A stretch of DNA of 64,000 nt, from positions 65,671 to 129,670 of the forward strand of contig PLZV01000022.1 in the NCBI GenBank assembly GCA_003152315.1, read 5' to 3'. A model generated the notes under the pieces. That model searched no databases. It was not told the DNA's origin and was given only the letters and a program-made list of their open reading frames with translations. Below, piece after piece: positions 21,874-31,452 of the stretch. This stretch comes from Verrucomicrobiota bacterium. Lineage in GTDB: Bacteria > Verrucomicrobiota > Verrucomicrobiia > Palsa-1439. Positions within the stretch are counted from its first letter, which is position 1, and each line of letters opens with the position of its first letter. A program made the translations under genes and the position numbers.

Positions 21874-22857
21874 TCAGTGTGGACGCTGCCCGCTCGTGGA
21901 AGCCTTGAGCATTGCCTTGCTCTTACGATACGTGACCGCCAGCGCTTCAGCGCGCCGATAACCGACGAGTTTCGCTGCGAGCGCGAGATGTTTCGGATGC
22001 GACGGGACGTACCCGCCGGGGCTGAGCCGTTCGAGCGCCCCGAACGCCGCCTCAAATGTGTCGGGATCGTTGTCAAATGTGGCGCGTGCGACCTGCTCGA
22101 AGACCTTGATGAGCGCGGCCCGGCGTTTTGCCGTGATGCCGCCATGTTCCTGGAACCATTCCTCGACTTCGCACGCGCTACGGAAGCAATCGGTGATGAA
22201 AGCCGCCGGATCGCGGCGGGAGAGGGAATCATGTGAGTGGATGCGATAATACGCCATCGTACCGCGGCAATACGTGAAGGTGGCTCCGTGCAGAGCACAG
22301 TCGAGCGCGAAACGCGCATCCTGAATGACCGGCAAATTCACGTTCCAGCCACCGACCCGCTTGACCAACTCGCGATGAAAAAGATACGCGGCGGGTGGGC
22401 ACCAGAAATCCACGAGCAAGGCGATCTCAGGTTCTTCTTCCATCTTTCGTTGCATTACATCACCGTGTTTGAATGTGCCATCGCCTTGCAGGACCAACCC
22501 TTGCCAATCGCCGTACGCCACTTCCGCGCCGGTGTTTTCGAGCGCCTGGACCTGCCGCACCAGCTTGTCGCGCACCAGCAGATCGTCCGCGTCCAGGTAC
22601 TGAAGGAATACGCCACGGGCGACCGCCGTTCCGGCGTTTCGGGCCCGGCTTGCCCCGCCGTTTGCGGTGCGGAGCAGGCTCACTCGGGGGAACTCCCGTG
22701 CGACGATCTTCGCGCTGGCATCCGCCGAGCCATCGTCGATGACGATGACCTCAACGAGTTCCCGTGGGTAGGTTTGGGCCTCCACGCTGGCGAGGGTCTC
22801 GACGATCCACCGCTCGGCGTTGAACATGGGAATGATGACACTAACGAGTTGGTTCAT
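21874..22857 (-). CDS. GT2 family glycosyltransferase
   Basis: VSVIIPMFNAERW, VIDDGSAD, LDADD DxD motif. Confidence 0.8.
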   Translation of the reverse strand: MNQLVSVIIPMFNAERWIVETLASVEAQTYPRELVEVIVIDDGSADASAKIVAREFPRVSLLRTANGGASRARNAGTAVARGVFLQYLDADDLLVRDKLVRQVQALENTGAEVAYGDWQGLVLQGDGTFKHGDVMQRKMEEEPEIALLVDFWCPPAAYLFHRELVKRVGGWNVNLPVIQDARFALDCALHGATFTYCRGTMAYYRIHSHDSLSRRDPAAFITDCFRSACEVEEWFQEHGGITAKRRAALIKVFEQVARATFDNDPDTFEAAFGALERLSPGGYVPSHPKHLALAAKLVGYRRAEALAVTYRKSKAMLKASTSGQRPH

Positions 22858-22867
22858 AGATTACTTC

Positions 22868-23878
22868 CTATTTGTCTTCGGTGGCAGTCGCGGGGAACAA
22901 CACCCGCCGGATAGTTCCCAGCGTGAAACGCGTCAGCCGAGTTCGCGGATCGCGACATGCCGCAGCGCCGAGCCAGAGCACGCGCAGCAGACGCGATCGC
23001 TGGCGATCTTCACGGGTCGTGTTCACGAAGTCCCTCCAATCCAAGCGGCGGATCTGCTGACAACAAGCCGTGCGGGTCAACGATTGGGACGAGGTTTCGC
23101 TGAGTTTGTGCAGAATGCGATAGCGTTCCTGCATGAAACGCTCCCAATTGGAAACCGTTTTGGATTCCGGGTGTAGACGAAAGTGCACCAGCACGTCCGG
23201 GAGACGGTTCACGCGGTTAAACCTGCCCAAATAACGGATCGTGAGGTCCCAATCGAATGAATAGTGGTACGAGTCGTCGATTCCACCGCAGGCAATCACG
23301 CCCTGGCGCCGGAGCCACAGTCCAGGCTGATGCCATCTTGTGGAAGATTCGGCAAAGATAAGCTTCACAGCGTCCAATTCACCCGGTACCAGGGTTTCCC
23401 GAATACCTGTCTCATCGAAATTGATAACAACACCGGCGACGGCGTCCGCGTCTTCAAGGGCTTCGGCGACTTTTCCCAGTGAGCCGGCGAGCAGATAGTC
23501 GTCGGAGTTGATCCATTGGAAGATCTCGCCGGTGCAACGCGCGAGGCCTTTGTTGATCGCTTGTGGTTGCCCCTGGTCGGGCTCGCTCACCCAATGCGTC
23601 AGCCAGGGCTCGTATTTCTTGATGATCGCGACACTTTCGTCGGTGGAACCACCGTCGACGATGATGTATTCGAGGTTCGGATAACCCTGCAATAGAATCG
23701 AGCGGATCGTCTCTTCGAGGTAGGCTCCTTGATTGAAAGAGGGAGTCACGATCGAGATTGACGGCCACGGCCGGCCCGCCTGCGCCGTCGCGGGCAGAGA
23801 CGGTGTCCCCTCCGTCCACGGCCAACCGACGCGGCCAGGCGGCGGCGGCGGCAGCTCAGCTAATCTTGGGCAGTTCAT
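22868..23878 (-). CDS. GT2 family glycosyltransferase
   Basis: ISIVTPSFNQGAYLEETIRS, IIVDGGSTD, NSDD; start at internal Met MNCPRL. Confidence 0.75.
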   Translation of the reverse strand: MNCPRLAELPPPPPGRVGWPWTEGTPSLPATAQAGRPWPSISIVTPSFNQGAYLEETIRSILLQGYPNLEYIIVDGGSTDESVAIIKKYEPWLTHWVSEPDQGQPQAINKGLARCTGEIFQWINSDDYLLAGSLGKVAEALEDADAVAGVVINFDETGIRETLVPGELDAVKLIFAESSTRWHQPGLWLRRQGVIACGGIDDSYHYSFDWDLTIRYLGRFNRVNRLPDVLVHFRLHPESKTVSNWERFMQERYRILHKLSETSSQSLTRTACCQQIRRLDWRDFVNTTREDRQRSRLLRVLWLGAAACRDPRTRLTRFTLGTIRRVLFPATATEDK

Positions 23879-23955
23879 GAGATAGTTCGGATGGATAGTG
23901 TGCGTGGTACCAAGCCTGCCTGACCAGCCGTGCCCCACCAGTCACCTGCGGCCGT

Positions 23956-24915
23956 TCACCTGAATGCGGACAATGCCTTGGAGATTCTCTCGCGAAGTCC
24001 GTATGGGCTTGATCCCTCGGCTACCAACACGCGCTCGTTAAACGCCAGATCCGCGGCGGCGTCCGGCGTTACGACGGAGGGATGCACGAGCGGAAACTTC
24101 ATCGGCTCCGTCTGTGCCACGCGCCACGGGCAATTGGCCGAAAAGATGTGCGTCGCATCCTGGTCGAACCCGATATTCCGGCACAATTCGACATTCGGAA
24201 TCACCGACAGCCCGTTTTCCACCCAGCAAGTAAACGTCCATTGATAGTCCGAATAGGATGCCCGTGTGCCCGCCGTGTGCGCCTCGTCAAATATCCGACG
24301 CCACACCGCCGCGCCGCGCGACTCGCCCACGATGTAATTCAACCACGGCGTGTCCCGCAGCGCCGGCCAGCGCTTCAACTCGATGTCATAACACCGCCAG
24401 GCGCGCGCCCATGTAGCCCAACCACCGAGGCAGATGTTGTGACGCGAAAAGAAGTAGCTCGTGTTCACAAACCGTTGATTGTCTTGAAAGTGGTTTCCCG
24501 CCACATGCATAATGCGCTCATCCTCGCGGTAGCGCTCAAGTACCTCTTCGCAGAAAGGGAAGAACGACGGATCGGGCACGCAATCATCCTCGAGCACGAT
24601 CGCACGATCGACATTCTCGAAGACCCACGTCAATCCGCTGGCCGGGCACATTCCACAACCCAGGTTGCTGCCCGAGTACTTGCGTTGAACTTCGCATTCC
24701 CAGTCCACCTGCGCGACCACCGCGCGAGCGGCGGCGCATTTTTCGACATCCGTCGCGACATGGGGGCGCGGACCGTCGGCGATTAAGAACAGTTTCTTCG
24801 GTTTTGCCCGGGCAATTTCAGCAAAGACGCGGGCCGTTGTGTCGGGACGGTTGAAGAGAATGAGTGCAATGGGAGTGTTCACAGTAATTGTCCGGAATAC
24901 TTCTGGTGCCGCCAC
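23956..24915 (-). CDS. GT-A fold glycosyltransferase, GNT-I (GT13)-like; paralog A
   Basis: IALILFNRPD...KLFLIADGPR, VLEDDCVP; ~45% identical by eye to 28641-29687 product. Confidence 0.55.
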   Translation of the reverse strand: MAAPEVFRTITVNTPIALILFNRPDTTARVFAEIARAKPKKLFLIADGPRPHVATDVEKCAAARAVVAQVDWECEVQRKYSGSNLGCGMCPASGLTWVFENVDRAIVLEDDCVPDPSFFPFCEEVLERYREDERIMHVAGNHFQDNQRFVNTSYFFSRHNICLGGWATWARAWRCYDIELKRWPALRDTPWLNYIVGESRGAAVWRRIFDEAHTAGTRASYSDYQWTFTCWVENGLSVIPNVELCRNIGFDQDATHIFSANCPWRVAQTEPMKFPLVHPSVVTPDAAADLAFNERVLVAEGSSPYGLRERISKALSAFR

Positions 24916-26153
24916 GAGTGATGAACCAGCACGGTTGCGCCACGCCAGTCCGGCGGGTAGTTGCGGCCCGTGCCGTAGAAATCACCGTCAATCACCGACA
25001 TCTCCGCGGCCCGATCCACCCAGTCCTGAACGTCCGGGCCCGATTGGATGAAGGTGGTCAGATCGTAATTGCCGGCGGTAAGTGGCAACTCCGGGACAAC
25101 GAGATCGATAGTCCCTTCGCCTTCGAGATCGATTTGCGTCTTGTCGACAAGGTCCGTAGATAAGAGGAAGTAGAGTGCCTCGGCTTTGTGGACCGTTATG
25201 CAGACCCGGCAATTCCGGATGACCTTTCCGGGTTCAGTTCGATAATGCAGCCGGAATATGACCTGCTGGCCTGAGACCGGATGGCCCAGCGCGTTGTCCG
25301 TGGCGTCCCGCAACTCGACTGCCACGGCGCGGACATCGCCGCGTCCCTGGCGGTCAGTGCGGTGGGCGAGGGGAGTGCTGCTCATCTGCGAGAGTTCCGC
25401 GAGATAGCTGCTGATGACGTCGCTCGGAGCGCCATCCCGGGCTATACGACCATCCTTCAGCCAGATCACGCGCTGGCAGAGGTTATGGATCATCGCCATG
25501 TTATGGCTCACGAACAATACCGTGCGACCTTCCTTGTTGGCGACTTCGCCCATTTGGCCAAGGCACTTTTTTTGAAATGCCGCATCACCGACGGCGAGGA
25601 CCTCGTCCACCAGGAGGATTTCCGTTTCAAGGTGCGCCGCGACGGCGAAGGCCAGGCGGACGTACATGCCACTGGAGTACCGCTTCACGGGTGTATCGAC
25701 GAACTTTTCTATCTCCGCGAAATCAATGATCTGCTCAAGCTTGCGGTCAATCTCTCCCTTCGACATGCCGAGGATCGCGCCGCTCAAATAGATGTTCTCG
25801 CGGCCCGTCAACTCCGAATGAAAGCCGGTACCAACTTCCAGCAGCGAGCCGACACGCCCATAAATCCTGGCCAGGCCGTCCGTGGGATCGGTGATCCGCG
25901 AAAGCAGCTTTAGCAGCGTGCTCTTCCCGGCGCCATTGCGTCCGACGAATCCCACAATCTCACCGCGCGGCACATCGAAGGAAACGTCCCGCAACGCCCA
26001 GAATTTATTGCTCGCGGCCGGGCGGTTTTTCCATCGGGTCAGTGACCGCAGGCCACTGCTTAAGCGGTCGCGCAACGTATTGTACCGCTCCTGCCTGGCG
26101 CCGATGTCGTACACCTTGGAAAGATGTTCGGCGCAAATGGCTATCGAGTTCAT
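24879..26153 (-). CDS. wzt: Polysaccharide ABC exporter ATP-binding protein with C-terminal carbohydrate-binding extension
   Basis: Walker A GRNGAGKST, signature YSSGM, Walker B LLVDE, H-loop; extra ~170 aa C-terminal domain as in O-antigen-terminus-binding Wzt. Confidence 0.88.
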   Translation of the reverse strand: MNSIAICAEHLSKVYDIGARQERYNTLRDRLSSGLRSLTRWKNRPAASNKFWALRDVSFDVPRGEIVGFVGRNGAGKSTLLKLLSRITDPTDGLARIYGRVGSLLEVGTGFHSELTGRENIYLSGAILGMSKGEIDRKLEQIIDFAEIEKFVDTPVKRYSSGMYVRLAFAVAAHLETEILLVDEVLAVGDAAFQKKCLGQMGEVANKEGRTVLFVSHNMAMIHNLCQRVIWLKDGRIARDGAPSDVISSYLAELSQMSSTPLAHRTDRQGRGDVRAVAVELRDATDNALGHPVSGQQVIFRLHYRTEPGKVIRNCRVCITVHKAEALYFLLSTDLVDKTQIDLEGEGTIDLVVPELPLTAGNYDLTTFIQSGPDVQDWVDRAAEMSVIDGDFYGTGRNYPPDWRGATVLVHHSWRHQKYSGQLL

Positions 26154-27017
26154 TTAGATGATGTCTGCAAAGAACCGCTCGGTACGCTTGAAATAGACAA
26201 GGCCACCCAGCAAGAGGACGGACGCGACGACCACGCCCATGGCCATCACGGCGAAATCAGGCCGGGCATTGCCCAGCAGCGCCCAACGGAAACCTTCGAT
26301 GACCCCGACCATTGGATTCAGGCCGTACAGCAGCCGCCATTTTGCGGGGACGAGGTGCAGCGAATAGACGACGGGTGAAGCGTACATCCAAAACTGGATG
26401 AGGAAAGGAATCGCCTGTCCGACGTCGCGATATTTTACGTTGAGCGCTGAGAGATACAGGCTCACAGCCACCGCCGTCACCACCGCCAGAAGCGTGAAAA
26501 ACGGCAGCGCGAGCACACCCCACGTCGGCGCCACTCTATACCACGCCATCATGCCCAGCAGGATGACGAACGAGACCGCGAAATCGACCAAGGGGCCGAG
26601 CGCGCCCGAGATCGGTATGATCAATCGCGGGAAATAGACCTTGCTGATCAAGTTGGAGTTGCTGACGAGGCTGATGCCGCTGCGGGCGATGGCTTGGGAA
26701 AAGTAATTCCACGGCAACAACGCCGTGAAGGCAAAAATCGGGTAGGGCGACCCGTCCGAGGGCAGTTTCGCAAACAGGCCGAAGATCACAGTGAAAACAA
26801 CCATGGTGAGCAAGGGTTGCAAGACGACCCACGTGATGCCGATGGCGGCCTGTTTGTAGCGTACCAGTACGTCGCGCCAGACGAGAAAATAGAGCAACCC
26901 GCGATAGCGATAGACCGCCTCCAAGTCGAAGCTCAACCAGCCCGTGCGGGGCCGAATCAACACAACTGGCTGATTGTCTGTTAGCGACGGAATGGCGGCT
27001 GTGTGCACCAAGCTCAT
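26154..27017 (-). CDS. wzm: Polysaccharide ABC exporter permease (ABC-2 type)
   Basis: 6 TM ABC-2 permease; ATGA overlap with upstream gene when started at MSLVHT. Confidence 0.85.
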   Translation of the reverse strand: MSLVHTAAIPSLTDNQPVVLIRPRTGWLSFDLEAVYRYRGLLYFLVWRDVLVRYKQAAIGITWVVLQPLLTMVVFTVIFGLFAKLPSDGSPYPIFAFTALLPWNYFSQAIARSGISLVSNSNLISKVYFPRLIIPISGALGPLVDFAVSFVILLGMMAWYRVAPTWGVLALPFFTLLAVVTAVAVSLYLSALNVKYRDVGQAIPFLIQFWMYASPVVYSLHLVPAKWRLLYGLNPMVGVIEGFRWALLGNARPDFAVMAMGVVVASVLLLGGLVYFKRTERFFADII

Positions 27018-27898
27018 TTTCCGGTGACGATCAGTTTCTGGCCTTCTTTGGGGTCCGCCTTGAGCAAGTACGGCTCCCAAAAGGCGCGGTCGTACCGTGC
27101 CCAAGCGTGGCAACCGAATGGGAGTTGATGGTGATTGCGCTCCAGGCAAACGCGCGGCGAAACTTCGAAGGCAAAACGCAAGCCGGTTGCCACATCCGCG
27201 ATCTTGAACTCCGGATAGTAGTGCACCGCCTCGTCCGACCAGAAGATGTCGGCCTCGGTGCGGCGCCGAAGCCAGCGAAACATGTGAAACTGTGACGAGT
27301 TAAAGACGGGCAACCGCTTCAAGAATCTCTTGGGCAGGTTCAAGTATTGGATGTACTTCGGCTTCGACCCGTAGTACTCCTGCCAATATTGATCGGGATC
27401 GACGGTGGGTTTCGGGGAGTACAGTACCTTGAGGAAGCTCTGGACCTTCATCAGCGCAAAACCATTGTTGCCGACACGCTCCCTCTTAACCCAGGGCGAG
27501 TCAGGACAATGGATCCACGGCGGGCCGACGTAGTCGAGACCCGACTGGCACCATTGCTCGAGCTGATCGGACAAGACCAGGCTGTCGAGGTGATACATGA
27601 GGATGTACTTGTAATCAGCGAATGTCTCATAGAACAAGGGCGCTGTCACCAGCCGCGCATGCGCTGCGGCGCTGCCAAAGAATTTCCTCGCAAACGACTT
27701 TACTTGAAAGCCGGGGTGATCGAAAGTTACCGCACTCGGCGAGACCAGATACTTGTCGTAGCACGACAAGTAATGGATGGCGTGCCGTAGAGAGATTTGC
27801 TCATCGGGCGTCAGTGTCAACCGTTTCGAAAGAGGCACCACGACTGCCACGAGCTTGGTCGGCTCCTTCAGAACGGGGGTGTTAACGTGTAGGATCAT
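27014..27898 (-). CDS. Conserved hypothetical protein of polysaccharide loci (possibly DUF5672-like)
   Basis: No catalytic motifs recognised; GNNGFALMK block; translationally coupled to wzm. Confidence 0.45.
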   Translation of the reverse strand: MILHVNTPVLKEPTKLVAVVVPLSKRLTLTPDEQISLRHAIHYLSCYDKYLVSPSAVTFDHPGFQVKSFARKFFGSAAAHARLVTAPLFYETFADYKYILMYHLDSLVLSDQLEQWCQSGLDYVGPPWIHCPDSPWVKRERVGNNGFALMKVQSFLKVLYSPKPTVDPDQYWQEYYGSKPKYIQYLNLPKRFLKRLPVFNSSQFHMFRWLRRRTEADIFWSDEAVHYYPEFKIADVATGLRFAFEVSPRVCLERNHHQLPFGCHAWARYDRAFWEPYLLKADPKEGQKLIVTGK

Positions 27899-28644
27899 CG
27901 TCCGGCTCCCTGGAAATGGATCTGTTCGACTTCGCTCAATTCACTCCGCATTCTCACCACGCGTGCCGGCGACCCAACCACGACCGCGCCGTCCGGCACG
28001 TTATGCGTTACAACCGCACCCGCGCCAACCACGGCTCCTTTGCCGATGCGGACGCCCGACAGCACGATGACACCAAAGCCAAGCCACGCGTCGTCTTCGA
28101 TAATGATCGGACCCTTCGATTGCAGCGGCTGGTTGCGAATCAACGCTCCCGGCGCGATCCCGTGGTCGTACGAATAGAGTGCGCATTGGGGTGCGATCTG
28201 AACGCCGTTGCCGATCCGAATCGGCGCCACCGCCGCCGTGAAGTGGCAGCGTGGTTGAATTGCGGTGTCCGCGCCGACATGCAGGCTACCACCGGCGAAG
28301 GTTTCCACGATGATCTCCTGGAACAACATCACGCGGTCAGCCAACTCAACAGCGCCGCCACCTTCGTGTTGATAGATGATCACGCGGTCACCGATGAAGA
28401 CATTATTCCCTAATGTCAGGTTCGTGTGCGAGATCTGCGCGCTGGCGGAGACGTAGCCTTTGAGCTGAATCCGCGCCAATTCGAGGCCGCCCGTGTATGG
28501 CGGATACCCACATCCAGCGAGGCGCGTGGCAATCCGGCCGAAAAACCCACGGCCGGACCGTGCGAGCCAGAAGTTCACCCACATCCACGCAAGTCGCTTC
28601 CAGGCGCGAGCACCGAGGCCATCCGTATGCTTGGATACAGTCAT
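27895..28644 (-). CDS. Left-handed beta-helix (hexapeptide-repeat) acetyltransferase
   Basis: Repeated [LIV]G-x4 hexapeptides (IGNGVQIAPQCALYS, IIEDDAWLGFGVIVLSGVRIGKGAVVGAGAVV). Confidence 0.8.
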   Translation of the reverse strand: MTVSKHTDGLGARAWKRLAWMWVNFWLARSGRGFFGRIATRLAGCGYPPYTGGLELARIQLKGYVSASAQISHTNLTLGNNVFIGDRVIIYQHEGGGAVELADRVMLFQEIIVETFAGGSLHVGADTAIQPRCHFTAAVAPIRIGNGVQIAPQCALYSYDHGIAPGALIRNQPLQSKGPIIIEDDAWLGFGVIVLSGVRIGKGAVVGAGAVVTHNVPDGAVVVGSPARVVRMRSELSEVEQIHFQGAGR

Positions 28645-29687
28645 GGACGTGTCCGAAGGTTTCGCAGAAACATCCGTGTGGGCTTTGGGACAGCAGCGGT
28701 ATAGGCCGTGCGCGCCTTGTTGAACGCCCGCCGCAACGTGCTTTGCGTCCGTGGCATATCCATCAGCACGACTTCCTGAACGAAGAAATCATCGGCTTGT
28801 TTGTCGCGCAACATGCCTGATGGATGCTGCAAAGGGAAGGGCATTTCTGCAAGCGGAAGATTCGCCCATTTGCTTCCCGTCCAGGTGGTGTGCGTCGCAT
28901 CCTCGCCAAAGCCAATATTCGAAACCAAGTTGACGTTGGGCATGATGCAGAGGCCGTTGTGCACCCACGTTGCGAAGAGCCACTGGTAGTCCCAGTAATT
29001 GATCATACCACTCGCACGGTAGGCGTCTTCGAATTTCGTGGCCCAGTGTTGCGCCACCCGCGCATCGCCGACGAGATCCACCAACCACGACGTGTCGCGC
29101 AAGGCGGGCCATCGTTTCACGCCCATATCCATGTGCCGCCACGCACGACGCCAGGTGGCCCAGCCCCAGCAGATCTTGAATTGCGACAGGAAATAACTGG
29201 CGTCGCCGCGTTTGTGGCCGCGCTGGAAGTTGCTGCCGGCAATCTGCATGATTCGTTCATCATCACGATACAATTCGAGCAACTCGTCGCAGTAACGAAA
29301 GAAAGACGGGTGGGGCAGGCAGTCATCTTCCAGAATGATTGCGCGATCCGTTTGCTCAAATACCCAGTCGACCCCCGATGTGGGACCGCGACCGCACCCG
29401 AGGTTTATGTTCGAGTATTTTTTCACGACTTCGCACGGCCAGTCGATGCGCTCGATGACGGCGCGGGTGGCGGCGCATTTCTCGGCCTCGCCTGGTCGGT
29501 CGGGGCGGGGACCATCCGCAATAACGAACACTTTGGGAGGCTTGGCTTGGGCAACGGTCTCCGCCACCTTCGCGATCAGATCCGGTCGATTGAAGATAAT
29601 CAATGCCACTGGAGATTGCACGAAACGCCCTCCCAGTCTCTTACTGCTGCCGCTGCAGCATACATTGCCGCCATGAACGCGCCCCAA
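28641..29687 (-). CDS. GT-A fold glycosyltransferase, GNT-I (GT13)-like; paralog B
   Basis: VALIIFNRPD...KVFVIADGPR, ILEDDCLP; paralog of 23956-24915; alternative GTG start at 29621. Confidence 0.55.
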   Translation of the reverse strand: MGRVHGGNVCCSGSSKRLGGRFVQSPVALIIFNRPDLIAKVAETVAQAKPPKVFVIADGPRPDRPGEAEKCAATRAVIERIDWPCEVVKKYSNINLGCGRGPTSGVDWVFEQTDRAIILEDDCLPHPSFFRYCDELLELYRDDERIMQIAGSNFQRGHKRGDASYFLSQFKICWGWATWRRAWRHMDMGVKRWPALRDTSWLVDLVGDARVAQHWATKFEDAYRASGMINYWDYQWLFATWVHNGLCIMPNVNLVSNIGFGEDATHTTWTGSKWANLPLAEMPFPLQHPSGMLRDKQADDFFVQEVVLMDMPRTQSTLRRAFNKARTAYTAAVPKPTRMFLRNLRTRP

Positions 29688-30534
29688 GATCGATCAATTT
29701 CATTTCGACCAGCGATCCGCCGCCGAAATGTAGGAAGTAGCTGTTGGTCATGGTCGCGTTCAGGCAGGACCGCCGAACGTCGGAATATCGCAGACCGCCC
29801 AGATGGCGTGCGAGTTTTCGACCGATCCGCGCCACATAGGGCAGTTGTGGCTCTTCATTGATAAGAAACGGATAATGCAGGCAGATCTGGTCGAAGAGTG
29901 TGACATTGAAGCGCGGGTCGATCCAGCTTACGGCCTTGGCTCGAAGTAGTTCATAGGAGAGCGGGCGCATCTCGTAATTCCATTCCGCACCGCCCTTTTC
30001 CTCATGGTCGCGGTACGTTGTTTCAAACAATTCCCGATGATATCGTGGTGAGAACACGAGAACACCACATTGTACGACGTCGTCGAACTCCACAGCCAAA
30101 CCATAGTTTGCATAATATTGTTTAGCCGTGGCGTTTGGAATGGCCCTGTCACCCCAGTACTCCTGCAGGCGCTCGAGAATCTGCGCGTATTCCCCAACCG
30201 AAGGAGCGGCCCATTGATTGACCGCGCCGACCTTGTCGACAGGCACCATGGCGCAGATGCACGGGGCCGCGGCAATGTTGATCAGGATGTCAGAATCGAT
30301 CCACACGACTTGATTGTAGTTCTTCACGAATTCCTGACCGGGAATCAAGCATTTTTGCCAGGAAGGTGATCGTCGGGAAGCGCGTACGGAATTATCCAGA
30401 GGCTGATCGATGCAGATCAGGTCATACCCGTGCCGGTTGGCGTATTCGTTCCAATTCGCCTCGCACGACTCTTTCCAGGCATGGAGATAACGGTCCCCGA
30501 CGGCCATCGTCACAATTGCTTTCGAATGTTTCAT
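29641..30534 (-). CDS. Putative nucleotide-diphospho-sugar glycosyltransferase (GT-A, DxD motif; GT8-like), tandem paralog 1
   Basis: AIVTMAVGDRYL, SPSWQK, VVWIDSDILIN (DxD), FLHFGG; three tandem paralogs. Confidence 0.6.
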   Translation of the reverse strand: MKHSKAIVTMAVGDRYLHAWKESCEANWNEYANRHGYDLICIDQPLDNSVRASRRSPSWQKCLIPGQEFVKNYNQVVWIDSDILINIAAAPCICAMVPVDKVGAVNQWAAPSVGEYAQILERLQEYWGDRAIPNATAKQYYANYGLAVEFDDVVQCGVLVFSPRYHRELFETTYRDHEEKGGAEWNYEMRPLSYELLRAKAVSWIDPRFNVTLFDQICLHYPFLINEEPQLPYVARIGRKLARHLGGLRYSDVRRSCLNATMTNSYFLHFGGGSLVEMKLIDLGARSWRQCMLQRQQ

Positions 30535-30564
30535 TCGGTGCCCGTCCCTTGCCGTCTCTGGCCG

Positions 30565-31452
30565 CTAAAACTGGAAATCGCGCCATGAGTTCACGCGTTG
30601 GTTGACGAGCCTCATTTCATCGGTTGCCAGACCGCCAAAATGCAGGAAGAAACTGTTCAGGTACGTTGCTGTCAAACACGCTTCCTTGATCGTGGTCAAG
30701 GACGGCAAATTCATGATTGCGCCCAGTTTGCGCTTTACCCTGGCGACGTAACTGTGGTCCATCGTGGGTCTGATCAGAAAAGGGTAATGCAAGAATAAGA
30801 CCGCCGGCCACATCACGTTGAATCGGGGGTCGATCCATTGCACGCAACCCGCCTTGAGCATCTCATAGGACAGTGGACGCATCTCCATTTGCCATTCGCG
30901 TCCTCCCTTTTCTTCGTACTCGAAATACGTGCGCTCAAGCACAGCCCGGTGATGGCGCGGTGAAAGCACCAGCACACCGGTGTTGGCAACTTCATCGAAA
31001 CCGGAAGGCAACCCGTAGGTCATGTAGTATTCTCGGGCGGTATAGTTCACGACCGCGTGGCCTTCGCAGAAATCGTAAATCCGGTCGTGCACGGTCTGTC
31101 GGTAATGGCGCCACTCGCGCGAATACGGGTATTCCTCGACGGCCCCGATCTTTTCCGGGAGAACGCCTGCAATAATGTCGAGAGCCGCCGCGGCGTTGAT
31201 CATGATGTCCGAATCGATCCAAACGATTCGCTCGTAGTCTTGCGCAAAGTCCTGTTCCAAGATAAGGCATTTCTGCCACGCCGGCGAGCGTTTGCGGGCG
31301 CGTTCCGAATTATCGAGCGGTTTGTCGAGGCAGATGACATCGAAGCCGTGCTGCGCTGCGTAGGCGCGCCAATTCGCTTCGCAAGTGCTCCTCCAGTGGT
31401 GGAGGTACCGGTCGCCAACGGCTAACGTAACAATTGCCTTGGTATGGTTCAC
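30565..31452 (-). CDS. Putative nucleotide-diphospho-sugar glycosyltransferase (GT-A, DxD), tandem paralog 2
   Basis: AIVTLAVGDRYL, SPAWQK, IVWIDSDIMIN, FFLHFGG; start set at GTG forming GTGA overlap with upstream stop, giving 296 aa like paralogs. Confidence 0.55.
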   Translation of the reverse strand: MNHTKAIVTLAVGDRYLHHWRSTCEANWRAYAAQHGFDVICLDKPLDNSERARKRSPAWQKCLILEQDFAQDYERIVWIDSDIMINAAAALDIIAGVLPEKIGAVEEYPYSREWRHYRQTVHDRIYDFCEGHAVVNYTAREYYMTYGLPSGFDEVANTGVLVLSPRHHRAVLERTYFEYEEKGGREWQMEMRPLSYEMLKAGCVQWIDPRFNVMWPAVLFLHYPFLIRPTMDHSYVARVKRKLGAIMNLPSLTTIKEACLTATYLNSFFLHFGGLATDEMRLVNQRVNSWRDFQF

